DNA from: Candidatus Binataceae bacterium
GTDB lineage: Bacteria > Desulfobacterota > Binatia > Binatales > Binataceae
Assembly (NCBI GenBank): GCA_030038355.1
Contig: JASHPB010000098.1
Location: forward strand, 586 to 64,585
DNA length: 64,000 bases
Direction: 5' to 3'
Shown piece after piece: positions 1 to 10,617 of this stretch (positions are counted from its first letter, which is position 1; each line of letters opens with the position of its first letter). The position numbers were made by a program, and so were the translations under genes. The notes beneath the pieces were generated by a model that saw nothing but the letters and a program-made list of their open reading frames with translations, searched no databases and was not told the origin of the DNA.

Positions 1-440
1 GCAGATCGGCTCGGCGTCACAGGCATCTTTCTTGTTAGCTTTGAAATAAAGCCGCACGAACCGCGGCGCGATCAGCAGAACTTGGTGACCGAGTTTCTCA
101 ATCTCCCGCGCCCAGTAGTGCGCGCTCGCGCGAGCCTCCATCGCCGCCAGGCACCGCGGCAGGTTGGCCAAAAAACCCAGCAGCTGGCGCCGCGCGACTT
201 GCTTGCGCACACCGGCCTGCCATACGCATCGCAGCCGTGAAGGTGGAACACGTCTTTGCCAGATCGATTATGAGCGTAGTAACTTGCGTCTTTAGACTCC
301 CTACTTCGATTGTTGGTGATCGAGCGCACCACCTTGACCCATTGAGGTCTATCCGTAAGGAGCGGTCCATCGCATGAGGTAACAACAATACAGCAGACGG
401 ATATAGCGCCCTCTCAAGCAACACCACAGGCGGCAACAAT
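1..440 (-). pseudogene. IS110-family transposase N-terminal remnant, frameshifted and running off the window edge
   Basis: Minus-strand translation from ~225 to 1 gives ...LLGFLANLPRCLAAMEARASAHYWAREIEKLGHQVLLIAPRFVRLYFKANKKDACDAEPIC. This matches the DEDD_Tnp_IS110 N-terminal domain (mEatG.Yh..la..L...G..v.li.P.....f.....KtD..DAe.I). The expected upstream segment (..TTLIIDLAKTCSTFTAAMRMAGR, GIDlaK-like) lies in a different frame (ORF 98..439), which implies a frameshift near 225-235. No clean start codon was found. Confidence 0.45.
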
Positions 441-483
441 ACCGTGGCCCGATTTCAAGCCCGCTTGGGCGCGACCGGGCGCG

Positions 484-1602
484 TTACCAAGCTATGTTAT
501 CCATCGCTCGTTTCTCACGAGCGCTCCGCTCAGCCGCTGGGCCCATCGCCACCGCCTTCAGGCCATCGTCTGCGGTGACTTCAATCGTATTCCGACCGCG
601 GATAGCCTCCACGAATGCGCCGTGCTGAAAGTATGTCGCGCCATAGTGATAGCCGGCCTTGAGTACTATCTGATCAACCTCGACGTGTTTGCGACCCACC
701 TGCTTCGCCGCAAATCCAACCCGTGGACTGAAGACGATATCGCCGTCGGGTATCAGCACCTCGAGTTTCGCCCGGTCGCCGACCGCCGCAATTTCCTGCT
801 CGTTCTGCGAGCCTTCCGCAAACATGCACAAGTCGAGCATCGCCCGCGCGCCATTGGCAAAGTCGACGATCGTGTAGCTGTTATCAATAATGTCCGGCAT
901 CTTACCGCCGTCTCTTTCTTCTCGATGATTCACATCCATAGCACCGGAGCAGAAAATCCGCACTGGCTCAGCGTGAACGATCAGCCGCATCAGATCAAAA
1001 AAATGGCAACACTTCTCAACCATGGTCCCGCCGGTATTGCGGCTGAAGCGATTCCAATCGCCGACCTTGGGAAGGAAAGGGAAGCGATGCTCACAGATCG
1101 CAAGCATCCGCAGCCCTCCGATCTCGCCACTCTTCACGCGCGCGATGAAATTCGCCACGGGAGGCATGTACCTATATTCCATACCGACCCAGAAGACGGC
1201 CCCGGCGCGCTCGCGATGCGCGTTGGCGGCAGCCGTCAACCGTTGTGCGTCTGCCAGCGTCGTCGCCAGTGGCTTCTCGCACAGAATGTGCAGACCGGTG
1301 CCGAACAGCGGCTCGAGTAGTTGTCGATGAGTATGGTTGGGTGATGAGACAATCACCGCATCGAGCTCCAGGCCACAATTCTTAGCAGCCACCAGTGAGG
1401 CGACATCAGAAAAGGAACTGACCCCGCTCGCATCTACTCCAAGAACCGACTCGGCCTTTTCGAGTGACTTCTGCACGGGATCGCAAAGTGCCACGACCTG
1501 AACATCTGGACGGAGCTTGAGATTTCTGATGTGCTCGACTCCCATCAAGCCCGTGCCGATCACCGCAAATCGAAGTGTCGCGCGATCGTCATCGGCGTTC
1601 AT
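484..1602 (-). CDS. Gfo/Idh/MocA family NAD(P)-dependent oxidoreductase
   Basis: 372 aa ORF. N-terminal Rossmann motif AVIGTGLMG and EKP motif (CEKPLA) are typical of Gfo/Idh/MocA dehydrogenases. ATG at 1602. Confidence 0.85.
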   Translation of the reverse strand: MNADDDRATLRFAVIGTGLMGVEHIRNLKLRPDVQVVALCDPVQKSLEKAESVLGVDASGVSSFSDVASLVAAKNCGLELDAVIVSSPNHTHRQLLEPLFGTGLHILCEKPLATTLADAQRLTAAANAHRERAGAVFWVGMEYRYMPPVANFIARVKSGEIGGLRMLAICEHRFPFLPKVGDWNRFSRNTGGTMVEKCCHFFDLMRLIVHAEPVRIFCSGAMDVNHREERDGGKMPDIIDNSYTIVDFANGARAMLDLCMFAEGSQNEQEIAAVGDRAKLEVLIPDGDIVFSPRVGFAAKQVGRKHVEVDQIVLKAGYHYGATYFQHGAFVEAIRGRNTIEVTADDGLKAVAMGPAAERSAREKRAMDNIAW

Positions 1603-1712
1603 AAAATCCTATTTCCTTCCTCTCGCCGCAGAACATGCGCTGGACCTCGTGCCGCGGCCGCGAATAATCTCACGCCTTCGCATCCATCGGGCAAGAGCAC
1701 GATGATGGCCGC

Positions 1713-2822
1713 GTGCCGGGAACGAACTTTGTGAGCGATGCTCAGCAACTGCCGCGGGTGGAAGTGAGCTGGTTTTCGGCTCTGTGCGACGACGACTATG
1801 AATTTCTCGGGGTCGCGGACGACCGTCTGCGCTCCAGCTACGAACATTGTCGCGACATAGTAATAGGGGCTGAGCGCGGTGGTTTTGACAACATCCTGCT
1901 GCCGTCCGGATACCAACTGGGCATAGATTCAATCGCCTTCGCCGGCGGCATCGCGCCGCTGATCAGTCGCATCCGCCTGTTGGTCGCCATCCGTTGCGGC
2001 GAGATGTGACCACCCCAACTCGCGCGCCAGCTGGCGACCCTCGATCAGATGCTGAGAGGTCGCCTGACCATCAACATCATTTCAAGCGAATTGCCAGGAC
2101 AACCGCTCGAGGCTGGGCCGCGCTACCGGCGATGTGTCGAGGTTATGCATCTCCTGCGGACACTGCTGGACGGCGAGCCCGTCGCACTCGACGGTGAGTT
2201 CTACAAAATCAATCTCACGCCGCCGCGTATCACGACGGAATCGCGGCGCCACCTGCCGATGTATTTCGGTGGTCTCTCTGAGGAAGCTCGCGAGGCTGCG
2301 GCCGAAGCATGCGACGTCTATCTGATGTGGCCCGACACGATCGGAAAAGTCAAAGCGACCATCGATGACCTTGCGGCTCGGGCGACACGGCGAGCGCGCA
2401 GACTCAAGTTCGGGTATCGCGTGCATGTCGTCGTGCGCGAGAGCGAATCGCTGGCGCGTTCTGCTGCCCAACGTCTCTTATCGCGTCTGGATGCAGATCT
2501 CGGCAATCAGATCGGTAAACTATCTCTCGATCATCAATCGACCGGCGTGCGTCCGCAAGCGGAGTTGCGCGAGAGCTCGGCGCGCGACGGCTACATCGAG
2601 GAAAATCTGTGGGCGGGCATCGGTCGAGCGCGGTCGGGCTGTGGCGCCGCAATCGTCGGAGATCCTGATCAGGTGCTACGCAAACTAAACGCTTATCGCG
2701 CGCTCGGTATCGAGGCCTTGATCCTCTCCGGCTATCCGCATGCCAAGGATTGCGACCTGTTTGCGCGTTACGTTTTGCCACGTTTGGAGCATGGGCCCCT
2801 GGAGATTGGCACACAGCGATGA
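1713..2822 (+). pseudogene. LLM-class (luciferase-like) flavin-dependent oxidoreductase interrupted by in-frame TGA at 2007-2009
   Basis: ORFs 1713..2009 and 2049..2822 are in the same frame and together read as one LLM protein (..[34 protein letters not shown].. with the conserved hP..lA.q.atLD.lS.GR segment). A single TGA separates them. The track start 1713 is GTG and the true start may be GTG near 1758 (VEVSWF). Confidence 0.6.
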
Positions 2823-2836
2823 AGGGCTTCTCGGTC

Positions 2837-3694
2837 TCAGTGGGTGCTAGAAGACCGACTTTCTTGGATTGCGGGCGCTGGAACGCGCTCGCCGTTTCGC
2901 ACCACGAAGTATTGCCGCTCCGTATCGTCACAACGATCGTTGTGCTCCACCTTGCACGAGCCATGGCTGGCGTACTGCAGGATGTACGCCTTGCGGACGC
3001 CGTTCGTCAGATTGGGACCGGTTCTGTGGGGTGTCAATGAGGAGAACACGACCATGCCGCCCGCGCGCAACGGCGCCGGTATTGCTTCTGAACCGTCCTC
3101 CTCGCGGCAGGCCCAGCCGAGCTCGGTCAGATGATGCTTTAGGGTTCCGCGCAGATGGCCCCCCGGTATAATCCACGGACAGCCGTTCTCAACGGTGGCA
3201 TCGGTCAGGGCTACCCAGCATGTCAGATACGCCTGTGGCTCGACGAAGTTGTAACCGTTGTCCTGGTGCCAGGGGAACTGCTTCGGATATTCAGGTTTCT
3301 TATAGACGGCCTGATCGTTGTAGAGACGAACGTCAGGTCCGATCAGATCGTGACACAAGTCGGCGAAGATCGGCGCCGCTGATAGGTCACGAAGAAATTG
3401 CGAACGCTTCACCAAATGGGTTGTGAAACTGATCCCGTCTGCCTCTGCAATGAAGTGCCTGCGGTTGGGCTGCTCACGCAGATATTGCTCAACCTTGCTT
3501 TCTCTCGGATCGATCTCGGCGATCGCGCGCTCAACCGTCGAAGCGTCAAGCGCGTTCTCGACGACGAAGAATCCAAGCTGATTAAACGATTGCGCTTGCT
3601 CTTCCGTTAGTCGCCGAAACGGCCGTTTCGGGGCCGACCAGACGAATCCATGATTGAGGTCGTGCAACTCAAACGCTTGTTCCAATAAATCCAT
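2837..3694 (-). CDS. Phytanoyl-CoA dioxygenase (PhyH) family Fe(II)/2-oxoglutarate oxygenase
   Basis: WHQDNGY (HxD) motif plus distal His, about 285 aa, typical PhyH-fold length. ATG at 3694 is preferred over the TTG at 3715 (weak GGAG upstream). Confidence 0.8.
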   Translation of the reverse strand: MDLLEQAFELHDLNHGFVWSAPKRPFRRLTEEQAQSFNQLGFFVVENALDASTVERAIAEIDPRESKVEQYLREQPNRRHFIAEADGISFTTHLVKRSQFLRDLSAAPIFADLCHDLIGPDVRLYNDQAVYKKPEYPKQFPWHQDNGYNFVEPQAYLTCWVALTDATVENGCPWIIPGGHLRGTLKHHLTELGWACREEDGSEAIPAPLRAGGMVVFSSLTPHRTGPNLTNGVRKAYILQYASHGSCKVEHNDRCDDTERQYFVVRNGERVPAPAIQESRSSSTH

Positions 3695-4259
3695 CGCCAA
3701 TAGGTCTCCGATCAACTCGGCGGTCTTCGCACTGGCGATGATTCTATCGCACGAATTGCCCGCGACAATATGTCTGCGTAACAGCGGATTGTTCCGGCGA
3801 ACAATTGGTTCGTTGCGATGCTTCGGTAGCGATCGCCCGTACAGGGTCTGGTATAACCTCGTCCGGACTCACAAAACGTTGCGCGGGTCACCAGCGATGG
3901 ATTGGGGCATGTCGCTTATCCGTTTTCCTTTGAAAACAGATCGGAATGTGGACGAATGGGAAGTGGCGAGCACCCCGAAAACTCCGCCAAATTGAACGAC
4001 CGGATCTTGGTATTTATCTAGATTACATCGCCTCTCGGGTGCCAGTGATCGCGCGCGCGACTTCTGAAAGAGACTTGTAGCGTCGGAGGCGGTAAACAAC
4101 ATCACTTTCCCGCACCGTGATGCTGTGACTCGTGCCTCGCCGTTGGCGGATCAGAACGGTCCCGGCAGGGGCTCCTCGCTGTTATCCGAGCTTTAGACCG
4201 CCTCCGTACCCGCTTCGCAACGCGGTCCAGCATCCGACAAGTTGATGGCTTGAGAACGG

Positions 4260-4460
4260 CTAGCGCTTCTCCTGAAGTCGGTAGGCTATGGCCCTGATCA
4301 TGAAATTACGCCCCAAACCGTGGGAGAGATTGTTGCCGAAGGGCCCTCTCCATCTTTGCTGCAGGGCTTTCGCATCGAGTGTCAGAAGTCGCGCGACCTT
4401 TTGCGCCAACCGGCCTGTACCTTTGACAACCCTCAGCGGCTTCTCGGCTTCATCATGCAC
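4260..4460 (-). pseudogene. DUF2924-like fragment (mobile-element-associated domain), truncated
   Basis: 66 aa ORF ending ..QQRWRGPFGNNLSHGLGRNFMIRAIAYRLQEKR*. This resembles the DUF2924 signature (W...fG..pP......lLiraiAyrlQe) seen next to serine-recombinase elements. No full-length partner gene was found in the 3.7-4.9 kb gap. Confidence 0.3.
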
Positions 4461-4925
4461 CTCCGTCAGGTGTCCATGGGCGCTCGATTTCGGCCATAAG
4501 GCCAGTCGCGGTCTCCGGCGCCAACCTACGAAACGCGAATCTCAGGCGAACCTGTCCCTCTCATTCATCGCGGCTTTTATCGCGTCGAATATCGAGCTAC
4601 GCTTGGGCGCTTTTGCGGCCTCATCGATAAGCATCGGGGGTACCGAGAGTTCGAGTCCACTTCGCGCACCAAATTGAAGAACTTTCGGGCCTGATTTTTG
4701 CCGCCAGGCCGGAATTCGAAAACTCCGATCAAGCTCCCATCCAGATCAGAATTTTGCTCGAGCGCTCGCCATTCCCTGCCACGACTCTACGTTGACGACA
4801 AGTGGCGGCCATTTGTCGACCAATTCGCCCATGTTATAGCCATTGTAGAACCTTCACGCGGTTGCGCAAATCACGGACGATAGTCGCGTGACCGCAAACG
4901 GAGGGACCTCGGAGGATCGATTGCC

Positions 4926-6167
4926 ATGGCAAATGCGCCCAGGATGCTTGAGGGTTATCGCGTTCTCGATTTCACCCAGTTTGTTGCAGGACCGACTTGC
5001 ACGCGATTGATGGCAGAGCTCGGCGCGGAGGTGGTCAAGCTGGAACTGGCGCCCGGCGGCGACCGAATCCGTGACGCGGGTTTCAAGCCGCGCAACGACA
5101 AGTCCAGCAGCCACAGCACCTATTACATGCAACACGATCACAGCAAGCTCAGCTTCGCGATCGACATGAAGCAGCCTGGCGCACGCGAGCTGGTCATGTC
5201 GATGATTCCGAACTTCGACGTGCTGGTCGAGAATTTTGCCCCGGGCGTGATCGGGCGGATGGGCTTTTCGTACGAGGAAGTGAAAAAGGTCAATCCGAAG
5301 ATCATCATGTGTTCGATCTCGATGGCGGGCCAGACTGGACCGCTATCCAGCAAGGCGGGCTACGACACGATCGGGCAGGCCTACGCGGGAGTCACCGATA
5401 ACCTCGGCGAACCGGATCGCGCGCCGATCATGATCGGAATGGCGATCGGCGACATCTCGACCGGCGTTGCCGCGGCGATGGCGGTGTTCGCCACCTTGCT
5501 GCATCGCGAGCGCACGGGAGAAGGGCAGTACCTCGATGCTTCATTGACCGACACCTACTTCCACATGCACGAGCTCAACGTGCCGAAGATCGCACTGGCT
5601 GGCGATCGGGTGCGGCCCAAGCGCTTCGGCTCGCAGTCCGACGGACCGGGGCCGGCGGGCAATTTTCGTTATCGCGACGACCAATACATTATGATCCTGA
5701 TTTCGGCTCATCAGTGGCCGCAGATGGCGCGCGCGATGGGAAAACCCGAGCTCATTAACGATCCCCGCTTCCAGCGTGCGCGTGAGCGACAGAAGAACCG
5801 TTTCGAGCTGCAGGCGATAATCGAGGAATGGCTGGCAACCTTTCCCACGCGCGAGGATGCGATCGCCGCGATGGACAAGGAACGAGTCCCATGCGCTCCC
5901 GTTCTCACCCTTAACGAGGCGATGGCGCATCCCCATCTGAACGAGCGCAAGACTGTGCGCTGGGTCGATGATCCGATTCTCGGTCGCGTGGCGACTCCAG
6001 GGGTGCCGGTGAAATTTTCGGCCTGGCCGGATCGCACTGAGCTGCGTTCGGCGCGGCTCGGCGAGGACAACGAGCGAGTCCTGCGCGATTACGTGGGGCT
6101 TAGCGACGAGCGAATCCGCGAGTTGTACGAGAACGGCACTCTCGTGCGCGACAAGACCATTGGATGA
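4926..6167 (+). CDS. Family III CoA-transferase (CaiB/BaiF family)
   Basis: 413 aa. N-terminal LEGYRVLDFTQFVAGPTCTRLMAELGAEVVKLE is the family III CoA-transferase signature. RBS GGAGGGACCTCGGAGG upstream. Confidence 0.9.
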   Translation: MANAPRMLEGYRVLDFTQFVAGPTCTRLMAELGAEVVKLELAPGGDRIRDAGFKPRNDKSSSHSTYYMQHDHSKLSFAIDMKQPGARELVMSMIPNFDVLVENFAPGVIGRMGFSYEEVKKVNPKIIMCSISMAGQTGPLSSKAGYDTIGQAYAGVTDNLGEPDRAPIMIGMAIGDISTGVAAAMAVFATLLHRERTGEGQYLDASLTDTYFHMHELNVPKIALAGDRVRPKRFGSQSDGPGPAGNFRYRDDQYIMILISAHQWPQMARAMGKPELINDPRFQRARERQKNRFELQAIIEEWLATFPTREDAIAAMDKERVPCAPVLTLNEAMAHPHLNERKTVRWVDDPILGRVATPGVPVKFSAWPDRTELRSARLGEDNERVLRDYVGLSDERIRELYENGTLVRDKTIG

Positions 6168-6226
6168 AGAACAGCGCGCGCTCGATAATCGGCGTCGGCT
6201 AATTGTCACGCTTCCGCTCTGCAAGC

Positions 6227-7768
6227 ATGATGGTCGTCGGAGTGATGGAAGCGGAATCTTCATTCGCAGTCGCTACCGAGCCTGTCCTTAGCGAGCCGCT
6301 CGGGCATCATCAGCCGCACAAGTGGCTGGTGGCCGCCGCGGTCTTGCTCGGCGCTATCCTGACGCTGCTCGATGGCTCAATTGTGAATGTCGCGCTGCCC
6401 TACATGCAGCGCAGCTTCAGTGTCGGCGTCGAGCGGATCAGCTGGGTCGTTACCAGTTATCTGGCCGCGGTCAGCGTGATGATTCCGATGAGCGGATGGC
6501 TGGCGGTGCGGATTGGCCGGCGGCGTTACCTGCTAATTTCGGTCGTGACGTTTGTCGCATCTTCGGCGCTCTGCGGCATCGCACGAAACATCGGAGCGAT
6601 CGTGATCTTCCGGGTGATGCAGGGTCTGGCGGGCGCCGCGATGATGCCGCTTTCTCAGGCGATCATGCTCGAGACCTTCCCGGTCGAGGAGCATACGCTC
6701 GCGATGACGACGTTCGGCATGGGGATGATGGCCGCGCCGGTCATCGGTCCGACGCTTGGCGGATGGATAACTGAGACCTGGAGCTGGCGCTGGATTTTCT
6801 ACATCAATGTTCCCATCGGATTGTTCGCGGCGCTAATGGTGTACAGCTACGTACATGACCCATCTTATCTGCGCGAACAGCGCCGCAGCGGCCGGGTGGA
6901 TTACCTGGGCATCATTCTGATTGTGGCCGCACTTACGACCTTCCAGATCTTGCTCGGACGGGGCGGCAGTGACGGTTGGTTCGCGGCTCCGTGGGTCAGG
7001 TACACCGCCGTGGTCGCGATGCTCTCGGCGGTTGCGCTGATTGTTCATGAGCTGCGCTATCCGGAACCGATCGTCGATCTGCGCCTATTCGGCATCGTTA
7101 GCTTTTCGGTCGCGGTCGTGATGCTTTCGCTTCAAGGCCTTGCGCTCTGGACCATCAACCTGCTGAATCCTTTGTTCCTCGAAAACGTCCTGCATTACGA
7201 CGCGTGGCGCGCGGGCCTCGCGGTCGCACCGCGCGGACTCGGCGTGGTTATCGCGCTGTTTGTAGTCGGCCAGCTATCGCGCCGCCAGTTTGATATGCGT
7301 CCGATCGTCTGCGCGGGATTTCTGGTCGGCGCGTACCAGGCCTATCGGATGTCGCAGTGGACGATACAAACGCCCGAGGCCGAAATCCTGCTTCCGATAT
7401 TGCTGTTCGGGATCGGCCTCGGCGCGATTTTCCCGATTGTCACCGCGCTCGGTATTGGGCAGATCAATCGCGAACGGATCGGCTTCGCGTCGAGCCTGTT
7501 CTCGATGATGATCAACACCGGCGCGGCGGCCGGAATCGCGGTCGCGACCGATCTGCTTGCTGCTGGCCATCGACGCCACGAGGCGCAAATCCTGATGACG
7601 CTGTCATCGCCCACCCTTTACACCGGCATCCTAAAATCGCAGGCGTGGCTCTTTGCCTACAACGACGTGTACCAGGTGACGGCCATCGTGTTGCTGCTAC
7701 TATGCCCTTGGGCCTTCTTCCTCAGGCGAGCGCAGGTCGATACCAACGCGGCGGTTGGCTTCGATTGA
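6227..7768 (+). CDS. MFS transporter, DHA2 (EmrB/QacA) drug-efflux subfamily, 14 TM predicted
   Basis: About 513 aa with multiple hydrophobic segments. LDGSIVNVALPYMQ matches the DHA2 TM1 motif (LD.tIvnvAlP). The track ORF starts at TTG 6203 and the first ATG is at 6227. Confidence 0.85.
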   Translation: MMVVGVMEAESSFAVATEPVLSEPLGHHQPHKWLVAAAVLLGAILTLLDGSIVNVALPYMQRSFSVGVERISWVVTSYLAAVSVMIPMSGWLAVRIGRRRYLLISVVTFVASSALCGIARNIGAIVIFRVMQGLAGAAMMPLSQAIMLETFPVEEHTLAMTTFGMGMMAAPVIGPTLGGWITETWSWRWIFYINVPIGLFAALMVYSYVHDPSYLREQRRSGRVDYLGIILIVAALTTFQILLGRGGSDGWFAAPWVRYTAVVAMLSAVALIVHELRYPEPIVDLRLFGIVSFSVAVVMLSLQGLALWTINLLNPLFLENVLHYDAWRAGLAVAPRGLGVVIALFVVGQLSRRQFDMRPIVCAGFLVGAYQAYRMSQWTIQTPEAEILLPILLFGIGLGAIFPIVTALGIGQINRERIGFASSLFSMMINTGAAAGIAVATDLLAAGHRRHEAQILMTLSSPTLYTGILKSQAWLFAYNDVYQVTAIVLLLLCPWAFFLRRAQVDTNAAVGFD

Positions 7769-7780
7769 GATCGCTCCTAC

Positions 7781-7795
7781 ATCACGCGTCGTGAT
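7781..7795. terminator. Palindrome ATCACGCGTCGTGAT between convergent MFS and AKR genes (possible bidirectional terminator)
   Basis: Perfect inverted repeat ATCACG/CGTGAT with a 3-nt loop, sitting in the 30-nt gap between convergent genes. No strong T-tract. Confidence 0.3.
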
Positions 7796-7798
7796 TAA

Positions 7799-8752
7799 TC
7801 ACGGTAGACTGGCGGCAGAGAGAACATCAAGCTGTCGTTTACCGAGCTCCAATCGTCCGGCGTTGATAATCTCGTTCAGCTGCGCGACGTTTCTGACGCC
7901 AATGATCGGAGCGACAATACCAGCTTGAGCCAGCAGCCACGCAATGGCGACCTCAGCGTGTGTGGCATGCTGTTCCTCCGCGACCTCATCCAGCGCGGTG
8001 AGGATACGCAGCCCACGTTCGTTCAGGTAGCGCTGCTTCACCATTTCCTCCCACTTGCTCTCGGAATTGTCCGCGCCGGGCCGATATTTGCCAGTCAGAA
8101 ACCCCTTGGCCAACACGCTGTAACAGATCACTCCAACCTCGTTCTTGACACATACGTCCTGCACTTCGGTTTCGAAATCGGCGCGGTCACAAAGATTGTA
8201 GCGCGGCTGCAGACTGTCGTAGCGGCACACGCCGTTGTCGTTGCTGACCCTCAAAGCGTCCGACAGTCGCTGGGCATCGTAGTGGGACGCACCAATGGCG
8301 CGTACCTTGCCGGATTTGATCAACCGATCATAAGCCTTCAGGGTCTCGTCCAGCGGCGTTCGGGCATCATCCAGGTGCGACTGGTAAAGATCGACATAAT
8401 CGGTCTGTAGCCGCTTCAGCGATCCTTCAACCGCTTTGACGATGTATGATGCGGAGAGCCCCTCGCCCCAGTTGGGCATCGGCCCGCCGACCTTTGTTGC
8501 CACAACCACCCGCTCACGTCTGCCGCGCGCCTTCAGCCAGTCGCCAATGATCGTCTCGGATTCCCCACCCACATGACCGGGAACCCAGCAGGAATAAACG
8601 TCAGCCGTATCGATGGCGTTGTATCCGGCCGCCACAAAGGCGTCGAGTATGGCGAATGACGTCTTGTCATCCGCTGACCAACCAAAGGTATTCGTGCCGA
8701 GCACGAGAGGCGCTATTTTCAGTTCGGATCGACCAAGCTTGCGCTGTTGCAT
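7799..8752 (-). CDS. Aldo/keto reductase family oxidoreductase
   Basis: 317 aa. The N-terminus RKLGRSELKIAPLVLGTNTFGW and overall AKR (TIM-barrel) pattern match the family. Confidence 0.9.
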   Translation of the reverse strand: MQQRKLGRSELKIAPLVLGTNTFGWSADDKTSFAILDAFVAAGYNAIDTADVYSCWVPGHVGGESETIIGDWLKARGRRERVVVATKVGGPMPNWGEGLSASYIVKAVEGSLKRLQTDYVDLYQSHLDDARTPLDETLKAYDRLIKSGKVRAIGASHYDAQRLSDALRVSNDNGVCRYDSLQPRYNLCDRADFETEVQDVCVKNEVGVICYSVLAKGFLTGKYRPGADNSESKWEEMVKQRYLNERGLRILTALDEVAEEQHATHAEVAIAWLLAQAGIVAPIIGVRNVAQLNEIINAGRLELGKRQLDVLSAASLP

Positions 8753-8763
8753 ATGGCTGTCCT

Positions 8764-9109
8764 TTCATTGGCTAATCGAACTGTCCCACCCGGTGGCTGA
8801 ATTGCCGGCGGGGAACCGCCCGAACGAGCGCGCGGCCATCAGGCCGATGAGCAGAATGCCCCCACGGCGATGAACGTGGTCGACGGCGCGCAGATCGAAT
8901 CTTTCCACACGAACGATGAGAAGGTAGGCGACGACGAGGTACGCAAATCACCAGAGTACGTTCACGGTTGAGGACGAAAGACCTTTGCCAGGCGGCTTGG
9001 TGAACGGGCTCTGAAAGGGCCGTCCCATCATGCCGCGGACGAAATGCGGAACGGCGTTTACGAGAAACGCGCCGCCGAACAGACAAGCTGCGTCGTGAAG
9101 CCAATCCAT
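8764..9109 (-). pseudogene. Small membrane protein in the MarR operon with an in-frame TGA at 8948-8950 (or a 53-aa truncated product)
   Basis: ATG at 9109 lies 2 nt after the MarR stop. The reading frame is MDWLHDAACLFGGAFLVNAVPHFVRGMMGRPFQSPFTKPPGKGLSSSTVNVLW*FAYLVVAYLLIVRVERFDLRAVDHVHRRGGILLIGLMAARSF.. and continues in frame, with TM-like segments, down to a stop 12 nt before the AKR start. TGA>TGG would give LWWFAYLVV. Confidence 0.35.
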
Positions 9110-9111
9110 GC

Positions 9112-9579
9112 TCAGATCGCCTGGGAATCGCCTTCTCCCAGGCGCTTGATCAGGGCGACTGTCGACATCAGCGTTCGTTGCTCGGCGGGATCGAGCTTGG
9201 AGATCGCTGCCAACAGCCATTGCTGCTTCGCGGCACTGCGCTTCCGTCTCGCCGCGACGCCTTCGCGCGTCAGCGCGAACAAGACCTGGCGACCATCCGT
9301 CGGATGAGGGCGGCGCTCGACCAGAAACTCCCGCTCCAGTTCGGCGAGCGTTGCGCCCATCGACTGCGGCTTCACCGACTCCGCGCGCGCGAGATCCGCC
9401 GTCGTCATCGCTCCCACCCGCTCCAGGCGGGCCAACGCCGCAGTCTGCGACCAGGTGAGCCCGTCCGGGTTAGATTCGGCACGCAACCGCCGTAGGACCT
9501 GCCCGATCGCCAGCGACAGTTCAGTGACGAGCGTTTCGACCGCTATGGAACTGACTGGAGAAGCGCTCATGAGCGACAT
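9112..9579 (-). CDS. MarR family transcriptional regulator
   Basis: 155 aa. A winged-HTH segment (LTWSQTAALARLERVGAMTTADLARAESVKPQSMGATLAELEREFLVERRPHPTDGRQVLFALTREG) is typical of MarR. Confidence 0.85.
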   Translation of the reverse strand: MSLMSASPVSSIAVETLVTELSLAIGQVLRRLRAESNPDGLTWSQTAALARLERVGAMTTADLARAESVKPQSMGATLAELEREFLVERRPHPTDGRQVLFALTREGVAARRKRSAAKQQWLLAAISKLDPAEQRTLMSTVALIKRLGEGDSQAI

Positions 9580-10617
9580 ATATATATATGCAGGAAACCT
9601 TGCAAGTTTACCTGTTAATATTGGAACGTTACGCTGCCGACCATAGAGTTTAGGCCCGCTATGTGCTGCTACGCCTCTAATTGAGAATGCTGCAGTACGA
9701 TGATTGGCCAGGCGCCGGAACGATCTACGTGGGCATCAATGCCGCGCTGCTTGCCGTGTAGATACTGGCCTCGCGCGCCGTGTAGGGTGAGTGAGATTGT
9801 AGGACTTCCCGAACAGCCTCCGATGAGCCGAGTCGAGCGATTCGCGAACGTTCGCCCGTACTCTATGTGGCGGGAGCGAAACCCACTTTGCGATACGCCA
9901 CGGCGCCGCGCACAGAATTTGCCAGCGTCAGCATCATTAGGACACTCATTCCTGCCTCGAACAGAAATGTTTTGTGGGCCTTACGCAGCAGGCAAAGTCC
10001 GCTCTCGATACGCATGGCCAGATACAGGCCGAACGGTGCGGTCGCGGTAGCTCTGGAAATTTCGGAGATGCCCCGAGCAAGCGCAAGCCAGATGGCGCCC
10101 TGGATAAACGCCGACCGAAACTGAAAGGCGACCAGCGATGCAGGAACCGACTCGGGCCACGCGAAGTGGGGAAACGGCCACTCGTGAAGCGCGCCGGTAT
10201 TCCGTATTGGGCCGCGCGCCAAGCCGATTCCACATTCGCGATCCGCGGCCAGAGCAGCACCGGCAGCAGCGCCACGACCCGGTCGGCTGGTCGCAGTACG
10301 GAATGGCCGCGCGATCCAAACTGCAGAAATTTAAGCGCAAACCAGAAGGCTCTAAGCAGCTCGTGAAGCATAGAAAAGAACTCCCGGCTCATCGTGCCCT
10401 CTAAAGCCTTAAATAGAAAAAATCTCTCAAAGTCACGTCCACTTCATTCAGTGGAAGCATATCTCCTAATCCAAAAATGTGCGTTGGATAGGTGAGAGGC
10501 AATCGATGTGCCAGTCGATTCAGGGCACGACTACTATTGGCCAAGGGTGGCTTCCGGTTGCACAGCATTCGCAAACTGTGCTCTTTGCCTTCGTAGACCG
10601 AAGGAGAGGTACACGCC

